Positions 19,980 to 30,554 of a DNA stretch of 62,998 nucleotides are shown piece by piece. The stretch's first letter is position 1. Every line of letters begins with the position of its first letter. The notes beneath the pieces are model-generated. The model searched no databases, was not told the DNA's origin, and saw only the letters and a list, made by a program, of their open reading frames with translations. A program made the position numbers and the translations under genes. This stretch comes from an uncultured Erysipelotrichaceae bacterium (lineage in GTDB: Bacteria; Bacillota_I; Bacilli_A; RFN20; CAG-826), in assembly GCA_902769185.1 (NCBI GenBank), contig CACXNV010000003.1:1-62998 (forward strand), written 5' to 3'.

Positions 19980-21995
19980 TTATAAAATGTCGTTCAACTG
20001 TATGGCCCAACGATTAATTCTAAGACTTCCACCCGCAAGAGTTAAATGATTATTGTCATTTTTTCTGAAGTACTTGCCTGTATAAATGTTTTCAGTGATT
20101 GAATCAATAAATGTGTATTCTGAAAAATCATTTCTAATTGTTGACTCAAATGTCAAAAAGGAGTCCATTTGTTCTATTGCATTTATGTTATAAGTTGACC
20201 AAACTATTATCTTTTTTTGTGCTTTTAACTGATCAAGTCGTTCTTTGATGAATGAATAATAACCTGGTTTAAGATATTTAGATGGTATCGAAATGGTTGA
20301 AGGCCCGACGTTATCTTCTGTAACATCATAGTCTTCTTTATACATTTGCACATCTTCGCCTCGATTACTAATTTTATGTTTTGTTTCATAAGTATAAACT
20401 TCAGTTTCAAAATCACGTACATAATATGTTTTTGAGCAAGCATTATAACTCTCAAAGAAACAATCAAAATAATTTCTAAAATCAACGTTTAGAAAGCAAT
20501 CAAAATTTAAGTCAATTCTTGCGAATGTGTCATACCCATTCCCCAATACATCAACAGCATTTTCATGAAATTGAAACAAGAAAAAATCATCTTTGCTTAA
20601 TAAAGATTCGCAAAGTTCAACCATCAGTTTGGTTGAGGTACCTCGTGTTGCTCCAAAAAACTGAAAATTATAATCTGGATACTGTTCAATAAGTGGAGTG
20701 AGGTTGTGATTTTGATATAAAGTTGAATGGCCTATCATCAAAAATAACTTTCGATTATCGCGCGAGAGTAAAATATCTTCACACCTAAATGCGAGGTCTC
20801 TTACACATTCTTCGTGATTGTTTGAAAATGATTCACCATTAACGTAACACTTTTCACATTTCGGTACATCAAGGGCGTTGCTCTTAAATTCTTTTAAACT
20901 TGTAAAGAATAACATTGATTCTACTGAATGACCATTTATTGCATTGGTTTCAATAGTCTCAATTTTATTATTTAAATAAAGTTGTTTTTTGTGAGTTACA
21001 ATAGCGTTGCTTTTAATTATTGAAACAGGATATTCATTATAGAAAGATGGTATAGCTAAATAAGAATCTTGGTTCTTTGTTTCGTCATATGAAAGCAATG
21101 AGCATATATTGTTTTCAACGGAAAACGTAAAGCAATCCATACTTGTTTCTTTAACCCATTGGGCATACAGTTCTATTGATTCGCTTTTATTTTGGGTAAC
21201 GTGTGCGATTGATCCTAAACCAATCCTAATCCCGTTACCATCTTGCTTTGTGTTCCAGGATTCAAGGATATAATTCTTCCTTTTAAAGTATCTAGATCCT
21301 TGCAATGTGTTTGGATAATATTCTTCTCTAGATGGAAAGAAATCAGCTGTAATAACCTCTTCTTCGTCGTCTGCAAAACCGCCATTGCCATAATATTTTA
21401 ACAAGTAACTGTTATCTTGATAATAATTGACATATATATCGAGATTTTTCTCAATCACCATCTTATGCTTTTTTGAGAATGTAAATGGTACATATGTTTT
21501 TTTTGAGCCGTTTCTTGTGTAGTCATGCGTTGGACCATTGAAAGAATAAGAGATGAACTTACCATCGTTAATCTCTTTGCATTCTAAGATTATTTCGTCA
21601 CCGAAAGCAAATTTATCTTTGTTTGGGGAGATGCTTATTGTTCCTTTTGAATCGTCGTTATGAATATTGATTACAAATTCACCAATTTTTGTAACGGCAA
21701 AAATGACACTGCAACTATATTGAACATTTTTAACTGTGAATAGATTGTTTTTGTATGTTCCATCTGATTTTATAGAATCAAACTCGTATTTGTCATCGAC
21801 GGCAATATCAAATGTAAAATCATCTCCCTTTTTGCCGGTCTTTGCATTATCTCCATTAATTGTAAAATGATCTCCTGGCAAAACTTCTACGACAATGGTG
21901 GTGTCATCATTAACATAACGATTGTTTAAAGAACAAGAAGAAATATAAATACATGATAATGCTGTGAATAATAATTCGTATAATACCTTCTTCAT
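19980..21995 (-). CDS. Exported (probable lipo)protein with InlB-B-like repeat, BspA-type LRR and C-terminal SGNH-like domain
   Basis: ISSC lipobox-like; YYGNGG and WNTKQDGNG...LYAQW repeat; IPSFYNEYPVSII LRR start; MIGHS and NDNNHL. Confidence 0.6.
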   Translation of the reverse strand: MKKVLYELLFTALSCIYISSCSLNNRYVNDDTTIVVEVLPGDHFTINGDNAKTGKKGDDFTFDIAVDDKYEFDSIKSDGTYKNNLFTVKNVQYSCSVIFAVTKIGEFVINIHNDDSKGTISISPNKDKFAFGDEIILECKEINDGKFISYSFNGPTHDYTRNGSKKTYVPFTFSKKHKMVIEKNLDIYVNYYQDNSYLLKYYGNGGFADDEEEVITADFFPSREEYYPNTLQGSRYFKRKNYILESWNTKQDGNGIRIGLGSIAHVTQNKSESIELYAQWVKETSMDCFTFSVENNICSLLSYDETKNQDSYLAIPSFYNEYPVSIIKSNAIVTHKKQLYLNNKIETIETNAINGHSVESMLFFTSLKEFKSNALDVPKCEKCYVNGESFSNNHEECVRDLAFRCEDILLSRDNRKLFLMIGHSTLYQNHNLTPLIEQYPDYNFQFFGATRGTSTKLMVELCESLLSKDDFFLFQFHENAVDVLGNGYDTFARIDLNFDCFLNVDFRNYFDCFFESYNACSKTYYVRDFETEVYTYETKHKISNRGEDVQMYKEDYDVTEDNVGPSTISIPSKYLKPGYYSFIKERLDQLKAQKKIIVWSTYNINAIEQMDSFLTFESTIRNDFSEYTFIDSITENIYTGKYFRKNDNNHLTLAGGSLRINRWAIQLNDIL

Positions 21996-21996
21996 G

Positions 21997-23445
21997 TTAA
22001 TACCCCTTTAATAAATCAGAATAACAAGTCCAGTTATAATCAGCTTTATATTCTGCTAAAGCAGATATAGGAACATAGATATCAACTTCTTTTTCTTCAA
22101 ATAATCCTCGTTGATAATTAACAATAATCTTGTTTGGATGCAGTTGAGTCAAATAAATGGATGTTAATTTCTTGGTACCGTTAAACGCTCCATTCTGAAT
22201 CACAGATATATTATCAGTTATGATAATAATTTCAACATTATCGCACCCACTAAAGGCGTTGCGACTAATAATTCTGACAGGCTTGTTGTCATAAATGGTA
22301 GGGGTAGTTAATGAATTAAGATTTTTGTAATCAGAATTTACATTAGATATAGCGAATTCATCATTAACAAGTTGATATTCATAGTACCCCGAATAACCAT
22401 TGTCTATATATGTGTCTTGTTCTGGGTAATCAGGTTTTGTTGGAATATTAAATGCTTCAATTGTACTCAATTTCAAAATATCTCTCTTAATATCATTTAT
22501 AAATAGTTTTGTTCGATATATAGCCCCGCTATTGTTTAAGTGAAAGTTTGAATCATAAAAATAATGTGGATCCAAAATATATTCAATTGGATTACCTATA
22601 ACTTCGCAAGACAAAGATTCTCTTAACGACCAATAATAATCTACAGGTGTGCTCTTTTTATCGATGACTGCTAATTCATTAACCGGTGAAAAAGCATAAA
22701 AAAGTTTTGCGTTCTTTGATTTTATTAAAGCATTATAATCGTTTATATATTTTAGAAAAGAGCTATCGACAGAATATGAATAATCAATCATCGTGGTTAG
22801 ATCATAATGAACTGCCATTCTGTTTCCGTCTTGAAATAAAACGCCATTAGAGTCTTTGCTATCGTACGTAACATCACCGTATTCATTAAAATTATTTCTT
22901 CTATATACAGTTTCTCCTGGATCAATGATATCTTTTTGCTTTGATTTGTTAATAACAAAATTAAAATAACTACCAATCACAGCTTCCTTATTATCTTTAG
23001 GAAGACTTTGGATAATAGACATATCATCTTCTAAAGCTTTTAATGTTGCTTCACCATCAAAATATAGAGAAGTCGATTGCTTATTAATTTCTGGAATTAC
23101 AAATATCATGTCATCTGGACCAACATATTCTAAAGCTAAATCCGTCATGATTTTGGTGCCAAGCATCGCATATAAACCAAAATTCACCACTTGATATTCT
23201 GGAAATTCTTCTTCGATGATTTTTGATTTAAAACCGAAGGCAACATTTGATCCACCGATAAGGATAATTTTTTTATTGTTTTTATGAGAACGAAGGTTAT
23301 GAACTTTGTCTACTAAAGCAGCATAGTAAGTCTTTGAATAAACATGTAGTTGATTGTTCCCGACAGACATAAAAATACCAAATGGAGCAAGAACCAGTGC
23401 CACACCTAATATAAATAATGAAATCTTTATTAATAGCTTTTTCAT
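21997..23445 (-). CDS. SGNH-like (AlgJ/PatB/DltD-type) acyltransferase partner with C-terminal BspA-type LRR
   Basis: N-terminal TM; IILIGGSNVAFG, NFGLYA, FYDSNFHLN; AFSGC and IQNGAF repeats. Confidence 0.7.
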   Translation of the reverse strand: MKKLLIKISLFILGVALVLAPFGIFMSVGNNQLHVYSKTYYAALVDKVHNLRSHKNNKKIILIGGSNVAFGFKSKIIEEEFPEYQVVNFGLYAMLGTKIMTDLALEYVGPDDMIFVIPEINKQSTSLYFDGEATLKALEDDMSIIQSLPKDNKEAVIGSYFNFVINKSKQKDIIDPGETVYRRNNFNEYGDVTYDSKDSNGVLFQDGNRMAVHYDLTTMIDYSYSVDSSFLKYINDYNALIKSKNAKLFYAFSPVNELAVIDKKSTPVDYYWSLRESLSCEVIGNPIEYILDPHYFYDSNFHLNNSGAIYRTKLFINDIKRDILKLSTIEAFNIPTKPDYPEQDTYIDNGYSGYYEYQLVNDEFAISNVNSDYKNLNSLTTPTIYDNKPVRIISRNAFSGCDNVEIIIITDNISVIQNGAFNGTKKLTSIYLTQLHPNKIIVNYQRGLFEEKEVDIYVPISALAEYKADYNWTCYSDLLKGY

Positions 23446-23448
23446 AAT

Positions 23449-24996
23449 TTAGAAGTCGAAGTAAATAAACGACGATCCGCCTCCATTAATGGATTTTGTA
23501 TAAAATAACATAAATATTGCTAAAGAGAAAAAGACAATTGTGAAGACATATTTTCCTAAATAGTTAATACAAGCTGGATATTTGATTTTATCAATTATCT
23601 TTGTTTTATAAGTTGAAAAAACTTTAAATGCAATTAACACCACTAAAATTAAGCTTGAAACAATCAGTAGCCAATTGTAATTAACAAGTGATGCATCTAA
23701 AAATGGGCTATAGGCACTTGTATGCCACACCTTAATCATATGATATCCGAACCTTGCTGCGTCCTTAATATTGTCTGCTCTAAAGAAGATCCATCCTATA
23801 TCAACCAGAATAAAAGTTATAGCAACAAATAAAGCTTTGAGCACCAAATTTGGTTTCTTCTTCTCTTTAGAAATTCCTTTAGTTTTTTGCATTTGCTTAG
23901 GTAATCCGTTTATTACCAATAAAACACCATGGAATAATCCCCATACGACAAAAGTCCAATTTGCCCCGTGCCAAATACCAGATACTAACCACACAATAAG
24001 AGTGTTAATAATCCATCTCCAGATAGGCACTCTATTGCCACCCAAAGGAATATAAATATATTTCTTTAACCAATTGCCTAATGTGATGTGCCATCTTCTC
24101 CAAAATTCTTGAATAGAGGATGAGATATACGGAACATCAAAGTTTTCTTCTAGTTTGATACCAAATAGATTGCTTACTCCTATAGATATATCCATAAATC
24201 CAGAGAAATCACAATATAATTGAATTGCATAGAATATGCTTATAAGGATTAGATTAAAACCAAACATCGTTTGTAAGTTTGCATATGCTTTATTAACATA
24301 TAAACCAACCACATTGGCGATAACTAGTTTTTTAACTAATCCAATAGATATTCTAAATAACGCCTTTAGATAATCATTATTGACAAAATTATGTTGATTG
24401 AATAAACCATCTTCTTTTAATTTGTCATAAGAAGATATTGGTCCTTGTAATACCTTTGGAAAATAAGACACAAATAAAAGGAACTTAGCAGGATTAATCT
24501 CTGCTTTAGTAACTCTTTTACAGCAATCTACGTTATAGGCTATTAAAGAGAATGTGTAGAATGATATTCCTAAAGGAACAATAAATCGATATGTATTTAG
24601 GCTTAGATGAAATAAAGAATTAATACTATCAACAAAAAAATTAAAATATTTAAGAGCCGCTAAAACACCAACGTTGATGATAATCGCTAAAGCGCATAAT
24701 AGGTTCTCATATTTTTTTCTTTTTGCATGTGAATCAACATATCTAGACTCATTATCTCTCTTTCTGAAACGATATTGGCAAAGTATTGCGAATAAATACG
24801 ACAGTAATGTGCTTCCACCTAAATATGCTAAAAATATCCAATTTGTAAAGCCATAAAAGAATAGTGAGCCAGCTAATAAAACAGTCCACTGAGGAATTAT
24901 TCTTTTCTTAAATGCTTTATTGATTAAAAAAACTAGATAATAGAGAATAAAGCATGAAGCAACAAAAATAATAAATTCTAGAGAGAATAAATCCAT
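23449..24996 (-). CDS. MBOAT O-acyltransferase (AlgI/PatA-like)
   Basis: PLGISFYTF, FPKVLQGPI, YCDFSG, FWRRWHITL, GIWHG, C-terminal FIYFDF. Confidence 0.92.
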   Translation of the reverse strand: MDLFSLEFIIFVASCFILYYLVFLINKAFKKRIIPQWTVLLAGSLFFYGFTNWIFLAYLGGSTLLSYLFAILCQYRFRKRDNESRYVDSHAKRKKYENLLCALAIIINVGVLAALKYFNFFVDSINSLFHLSLNTYRFIVPLGISFYTFSLIAYNVDCCKRVTKAEINPAKFLLFVSYFPKVLQGPISSYDKLKEDGLFNQHNFVNNDYLKALFRISIGLVKKLVIANVVGLYVNKAYANLQTMFGFNLILISIFYAIQLYCDFSGFMDISIGVSNLFGIKLEENFDVPYISSSIQEFWRRWHITLGNWLKKYIYIPLGGNRVPIWRWIINTLIVWLVSGIWHGANWTFVVWGLFHGVLLVINGLPKQMQKTKGISKEKKKPNLVLKALFVAITFILVDIGWIFFRADNIKDAARFGYHMIKVWHTSAYSPFLDASLVNYNWLLIVSSLILVVLIAFKVFSTYKTKIIDKIKYPACINYLGKYVFTIVFFSLAIFMLFYTKSINGGGSSFIYFDF

Positions 24997-25160
24997 ATAT
25001 AGATGATATCATATAATAAGCAATTATTAATAACATACATATAAAGCAATAATTGGACACTTTTATTTGATATCTAACCTCTTGCTTGTGAAGTTTGTAA
25101 GCAAAAAACATAATTAGTAATTGTCTAATTATGCTATAATACATCGCAGGTAAATAAATT

Positions 25161-26972
25161 ATGCAAGCATTAATGTTAGCCGCAGGGTTAGGAAAAAGAC
25201 TCGCCAAATATACAAAAGATAACACCAAATGTATGGTGGAAGTCGCTGGTCAAAAGTTAATTGACCGCGCTATTACCGCCATTAAAAAAGCAGGTATAAA
25301 AAGATTTGTCATTGTTACTGGTTATAAAGGTGACAATTTAAAGAAATATATTTTAGATAACTATTCAGGTCAATTAGACTTTGTTTTTATTGATAACAAA
25401 GACTATGCGTCCACAAATAATATTTATTCATTCTATTTAGCTAAAGAAGAATTAAAGAAAGATGATGTTATATTATTAGAAAGCGACATCATCTTTGATG
25501 AAGACTTAATTAAAGATGTTTTAGAATCTCAAGATAAAGATATTGTTACTGTCGCCAAATATGAATCTTGGATGGATGGAACTTGTGTCACTTTAGATGA
25601 GAATAATCATATTAAGAAATTCATTGAAAAAGCCAGATTCTTGTATGAATTTATCGATAAATACTATAAGACAGTAAATATCTATAAATTCTCTAAAGAA
25701 TTTGTTAATAACATCTACATTCCATTCTTAGAAACATATATGAAGATGTATGGTCTTAATTGTTATTATGAGACCCCACTTAAATATATATGTAAACTTC
25801 CAGAAATATCATTTAAAGCCTTCACTATGGATGATAGGCCGTGGTACGAGATTGATGACGCGCAAGACTTAGATATCGCCACTGTTTTATTCTCTAAAGG
25901 AGAAGATAAGTTAAGACTAATCGAAAAGAAGTATGGGGGATATTGGAGATTCCCTGGATATATTGATTTCTGCTATTTAGTTAATCCATATTTCCCACCT
26001 AAAGAAATGGTGGAAAAACTTAGATATGAGTTACCTACTTTATTAACTCAATATCCATCTGGTTTATCAGTTCAAAATATGAACGCAGGTAGATTATATA
26101 ATGTGGATGAGAGTCATATATTTGTCGGTAATGGAGCGGCAGAATTAATTAACGCTTTAGGACATATCTCTAAAGGCAAGAAAGTTGGAGTTAATATCCC
26201 TGCCTTTAACGAATATGTGAGATGCTTTAAAGATAGTGAGATATTAGAAATTGATAATTCTAAGCACGACTATAAATTAGATATGACATCAATCAAATTA
26301 ATGATTGATAAAGCGGATATCACAGTAGTGATTAATCCAGATAACCCTTCTGGCTTTATGCTTACTCAAAAAGAGATTATTGAATTAGCAGAATACTCAA
26401 AATCTAAAGGTCATCAATTAGTAGTGGATGAATCTTTTGTGGACTTCGCTAGAAGTGAAGTAAGATTTACATTATTTAATGATGAATTTATTAATAAATA
26501 TCCTAATGTGATTGTTATTAAATCTATATCTAAATCATATGGAGTACCTGGACTTAGACTTGGGTTACTCGCTACAAGTGATACTAATTTGTTAAAAGAG
26601 TTAAAACAAGAAATGCAAGTTTGGAACATTAACTCTTTTGCGGAATATTATTTACAAATCTATCAATTATTCGCTAAATCATATTCTGAAGCATGCGATA
26701 AGATTGTTGAAGCGAGAGAAGAATTTGTTAATAAACTAAAAGAATTTAAACAATTTAAAGTTTATCCAAGCGAAGCGAATTACGTGATGGTGGATCTTGG
26801 CTCGATTAACTCTAGAAAACTTGCTATTACTTTATTAGATAAATATAAACTCATTATTAAAGACTTATCTAGTAAGAAGACCTTTGAAGGCAAAAACTTC
26901 ATTAGACTTGCAGTTAGAGATAAAGCTGATAATGATTATCTAATTAAGTGCTTAAAAGAAGTTACTAAATAA
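25161..26972 (+). CDS. LicC-like nucleotidyltransferase fused to a class I/II PLP enzyme (CobD/HisC-like)
   Basis: LAAGLGKRL, STNNIYS, WYEIDD; DFCYLVNP, NPDNPSG, DESFVDF, KSISKSYGVPGLRLG. Confidence 0.85.
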   Translation: MQALMLAAGLGKRLAKYTKDNTKCMVEVAGQKLIDRAITAIKKAGIKRFVIVTGYKGDNLKKYILDNYSGQLDFVFIDNKDYASTNNIYSFYLAKEELKKDDVILLESDIIFDEDLIKDVLESQDKDIVTVAKYESWMDGTCVTLDENNHIKKFIEKARFLYEFIDKYYKTVNIYKFSKEFVNNIYIPFLETYMKMYGLNCYYETPLKYICKLPEISFKAFTMDDRPWYEIDDAQDLDIATVLFSKGEDKLRLIEKKYGGYWRFPGYIDFCYLVNPYFPPKEMVEKLRYELPTLLTQYPSGLSVQNMNAGRLYNVDESHIFVGNGAAELINALGHISKGKKVGVNIPAFNEYVRCFKDSEILEIDNSKHDYKLDMTSIKLMIDKADITVVINPDNPSGFMLTQKEIIELAEYSKSKGHQLVVDESFVDFARSEVRFTLFNDEFINKYPNVIVIKSISKSYGVPGLRLGLLATSDTNLLKELKQEMQVWNINSFAEYYLQIYQLFAKSYSEACDKIVEAREEFVNKLKEFKQFKVYPSEANYVMVDLGSINSRKLAITLLDKYKLIIKDLSSKKTFEGKNFIRLAVRDKADNDYLIKCLKEVTK

Positions 26973-26994
26973 GAATTGATACATATAAATGAAT

Positions 26995-27030
26995 AATACG
27001 TTTTTGCTATTTAAGGTAGAAACGTATTTT
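26995..27030 (+). terminator. Intrinsic terminator-like hairpin
   Basis: AATACGTTT...AAACGTATT followed by Ts. Confidence 0.5.
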
Positions 27031-27081
27031 CATTTTTTAATATACAATACAAAAGTATTGTGTTAGTATTTATACTCGGCT

Positions 27082-27705
27082 ATGAAAAAACACCAAAAAT
27101 TTTACTTAATTATTAAAAGGTTAATTGACATACTAGGCTCATTAGTAGGAATAGTGTTCTGTTTAGCGTTATTCTGGTGGTGGGTATTTATTATCAATTT
27201 AATAGTCACTAAAGGACATCCAGTATTCTGCCACGTTAGAACTGGTAAAAATGGTAAACATTTTAAACTCATTAAATTTAGAAGTATGAGAAGAGATGTT
27301 GATCCAGACTTAACTAGCGAGGAGATTAAAAGTGTTGATAAGCCATATACTGGATTTGGCAAATTCTTAAGAAAGACATCATTGGATGAGACATTACAGT
27401 TAATCAATGTTTTAACTGGCAAGATGGCTTTTATTGGTCCTAGACCATTAATTGATAAAGATGAAGACCATATCACAATTGAATTAAGAAAGGCTAATGG
27501 ATCGATTAAATTGACTCCTGGTATTAGTGGCTACGCTCAAATAAACGGAAGAGTGATTGTCTCTCCAGAAGATAAAGGAAAGCTAGATGGATATTATTAC
27601 GAACACTTCTCATTCTGGCTTGATATTAAAATCTTCGTAATTACTGTCTTACAAACATTGCATATTCTTAAAAACAAACCACAAACTAAGGAAGAGGGAA
27701 AATAA
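27082..27705 (+). CDS. Priming phosphoglycosyl transferase (bacterial sugar transferase)
   Basis: IKRLIDI, KFRSM, FLRKTSLDE, IGPRP, PGISGYAQINGR. Confidence 0.9.
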   Translation: MKKHQKFYLIIKRLIDILGSLVGIVFCLALFWWWVFIINLIVTKGHPVFCHVRTGKNGKHFKLIKFRSMRRDVDPDLTSEEIKSVDKPYTGFGKFLRKTSLDETLQLINVLTGKMAFIGPRPLIDKDEDHITIELRKANGSIKLTPGISGYAQINGRVIVSPEDKGKLDGYYYEHFSFWLDIKIFVITVLQTLHILKNKPQTKEEGK

Positions 27706-27763
27706 TCCCTTTTCTTTTTATATTAGTTAATCATTTCTCAATTACTTTGTTATAATTAGAGAA

Positions 27764-28882
27764 ATGGATTATCCAGCTAATAAAAGTATCAAAAGACAAA
27801 TCATCTTAAATATCATTTATATAGTGATTGTTTTAGGTTTAACCGCTTTAGCGTTTTATTTTACTTTAAGAGGTAAAACTAGCGAAGTTCTTACTGATTT
27901 AAGACATGCTAATTGGGGATATATCATCGCGATACTTGGAGTGGTATTAGGCTGTATATTAGCAAGAAGTATATCCGTATATTCTTTAACTAGATTATTT
28001 GATAAGTCTTATTATTTCCATCGAGCGATAGCGATTGATCAAATTGGTAGCTTATATCGTATGGTGACTCCTGCCGGATTAGGGTCCCATGTGATGGAGA
28101 CATATATCTATCATAAACAAGGCATTAGAATGTCTAATGCATTAAGCATTTTAGCGATGTATACGATTGTGTATCAATTTGTTCTAATTATTTATGGACT
28201 AATTAGTATTATCGTTAAACATCAAATGATTTCTGATATTGGTTATATCTCTATTGGAAGTGGAAATATCTCTATTTGGTTACTTATTGGAATTGGTTTT
28301 GGTTTTAATATATTAACAATTGCCTTTGTCTATTTATTATCATTTTTTGAACCATTTTATAAATTAATTAAAGGACCAATCTATCTCTTATTATTTAAAT
28401 TACATTTAATCCGTGATTTAAAGGCTTCTAGAGAGCGTTTAGAAGATAGTAAAGTAAATTTCCGTAATAACTTAAAAAACCTCTTAAAACACGTAAAAAC
28501 ATTATTAATAGTAGCGGTTATGTTTTTTGTCTATATCACTATTTCTTATAGTGTTCCTTATATATGTGGATTAGCGGTTGGTAACTCTAGTATGACCGCA
28601 AATTATTGGGATAGTGTATTACTCTCTAATGTCCACCAAATGGCGACATGTGTAATTCCTATTCCTGGTAGTGCGGGTGTCTCTGAATTAGTGTTCTATA
28701 ATTTATTTTATAAATCAGGATTCTACGCTTCTGAAGATATCACTAGAGCCTCTTTATTACTTTGGAGAACTTTAATGTTTGTGATCCCTTTAATTATCGC
28801 TTTAATGTACACGCTTATCTATAGACCAAGAAAGAGAATTGTTAATTATGAAAATAACCAAAATCAAGATATTAAAGAATAA
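27764..28882 (+). CDS. Lysylphosphatidylglycerol-synthase TM / YbhN-type flippase-like protein
   Basis: Multi-TM; VTPAGLG, PIPGSAGVSE, LLLWR. Confidence 0.75.
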   Translation: MDYPANKSIKRQIILNIIYIVIVLGLTALAFYFTLRGKTSEVLTDLRHANWGYIIAILGVVLGCILARSISVYSLTRLFDKSYYFHRAIAIDQIGSLYRMVTPAGLGSHVMETYIYHKQGIRMSNALSILAMYTIVYQFVLIIYGLISIIVKHQMISDIGYISIGSGNISIWLLIGIGFGFNILTIAFVYLLSFFEPFYKLIKGPIYLLLFKLHLIRDLKASRERLEDSKVNFRNNLKNLLKHVKTLLIVAVMFFVYITISYSVPYICGLAVGNSSMTANYWDSVLLSNVHQMATCVIPIPGSAGVSELVFYNLFYKSGFYASEDITRASLLLWRTLMFVIPLIIALMYTLIYRPRKRIVNYENNQNQDIKE

Positions 28883-29606
28883 GGTCAATATCTCTTTTGA
28901 TAATGCGAATAAATTATCTATAGATAAAGAAGTATTCACAAACTTCTATCTCTATGAAGGAAAAGAATTAAGCAAAGAAGAATATAAATCTATTTTAGAG
29001 CTTAATGACACTAATAAGTTATTACAGTACGCTTTAAAATTAAGAAGTAAGGCAATCTATAGTGAATATAAATTAAGAGAAAAGCTATATTCTAAAGAAG
29101 CTAGTAAAAGAAATGTTGATAAAGTAATTAAAATCTTAAAAGGATATGATCTTATAGATGATAAAGCCTACGCTAGCGATTTAGTGGAATATTATAACTC
29201 CTTAAATTATGGAGTGAATAAGATTAAAACTAAATTAGGTGATAAAGGGATATTTAAAGAAACGATTGATAAAATGAAGTTTCCTATTTCTATAGAAAAG
29301 AAAAAGGCAAATAATTTACTCCCTAAACTAGAAAAGAAATATGATAAATATAACGCTTCTAGTAAGAAGTCTCATATCTATAATGCTTATCTACTAGAAG
29401 GATATAGTATAGATTTAGCAAGTGAGATGATTAGTAAAATCAAATCACCTAATCAAAAAGATGAATTAGATAAATTAAAAAGTGATTATTTAAAAACTAA
29501 AACTAGATTAGAAAGAAAATATAAAGGTAAAGAATTAAAACAAAAGATATTATCTTCTTTATTAATCAAAGGTTATAAGATGAATGATATCTTAAAGGTC
29601 TTATAG
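28848..29606 (+). CDS. recX: Regulatory protein RecX
   Basis: MKITKI start, SEYKLREKL, LIDDKAYA, YGVNKIK repeats. Confidence 0.75.
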   Translation: MKITKIKILKNKVNISFDNANKLSIDKEVFTNFYLYEGKELSKEEYKSILELNDTNKLLQYALKLRSKAIYSEYKLREKLYSKEASKRNVDKVIKILKGYDLIDDKAYASDLVEYYNSLNYGVNKIKTKLGDKGIFKETIDKMKFPISIEKKKANNLLPKLEKKYDKYNASSKKSHIYNAYLLEGYSIDLASEMISKIKSPNQKDELDKLKSDYLKTKTRLERKYKGKELKQKILSSLLIKGYKMNDILKVL

Positions 29607-29621
29607 GAGGAAATACAATAT

Positions 29622-30554
29622 ATGGTATTACTTAAAGATTTATTAGAAGGAGATCGAACCTCTATTCAAGCTTTAGTGGGTTCAGTATCTAACGGGACCA
29701 ATAAAAGTGGATCCCCTTATTTAAATGTAGAATTAAGAGATAATTCTGGATCTTTAGCTGCAAAAAAGTGGGAAGTGGACGGCAGTGATAAAGATATCTT
29801 TGTCGTAGGTAATATTGTGGAAGTGATGATTGAAGTTATTAAATATAATGATTCTCTACAAGGCAAGATCTTAGGAGCGAAGTTATTAGATTTAGATAAT
29901 ATTGATGTCACTAGATTTATTAAAGCTCCTCCAATTCCTAAAGAAGAATTAATATCTAGATTTAATAAACTTGTATCTTCTATTAAAAACAAAGACTGTA
30001 AAGCCTTATTAGATTATTTTATTAAGAAGTTTGGAGAAAAGATTTATGTGTCTCCTGCAGCAGCCTCAGTTCATCATGAATTCTCTAGCGGCTTATTAAT
30101 GCATTCAGTCTCTTTAGGAGAGCACGCAGATTATTTTGCGAAATATTATCCTGATATTAATAGAGACTTATTAGTAACAGGCGCCTTACTCCATGACTTT
30201 GGAAAGATGATTGAATTAGAAGGACCAGCGGTTTATCACTATTCATTAGAAGGCAAGTTACTTGGTCATATATCTATTATGTGTGGAGAACTTAGAATCG
30301 CCACTAAAGAATTAGGCTTAACTAGTGAAGTGCCTCTACTACTAGAACATATGGTGTTATCCCATCACGGACAATTAGAATTTGGCTCTCCTGTCCTTCC
30401 TCTTACTAAAGAAGCATTACTATTATCTATGATTGATAATTTAGATAGTAAGATGCTAGTGCTTGATAAAGCGTTCACTGATGTCGCTCCTGGAGAATTC
30501 TCTCAAAAAGTGTTCGCACTTGACGGCAGAATGTTCTATAAACCTAAAGAATAA
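29622..30554 (+). CDS. yhaM: 3'-5' exoribonuclease YhaM (OB fold plus HD domain)
   Basis: PAAASVHH, GLLMHS, LLHDFGK, LLGHI, SHHG, EFGSP; SD GGAGG. Confidence 0.92.
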   Translation: MVLLKDLLEGDRTSIQALVGSVSNGTNKSGSPYLNVELRDNSGSLAAKKWEVDGSDKDIFVVGNIVEVMIEVIKYNDSLQGKILGAKLLDLDNIDVTRFIKAPPIPKEELISRFNKLVSSIKNKDCKALLDYFIKKFGEKIYVSPAAASVHHEFSSGLLMHSVSLGEHADYFAKYYPDINRDLLVTGALLHDFGKMIELEGPAVYHYSLEGKLLGHISIMCGELRIATKELGLTSEVPLLLEHMVLSHHGQLEFGSPVLPLTKEALLLSMIDNLDSKMLVLDKAFTDVAPGEFSQKVFALDGRMFYKPKE

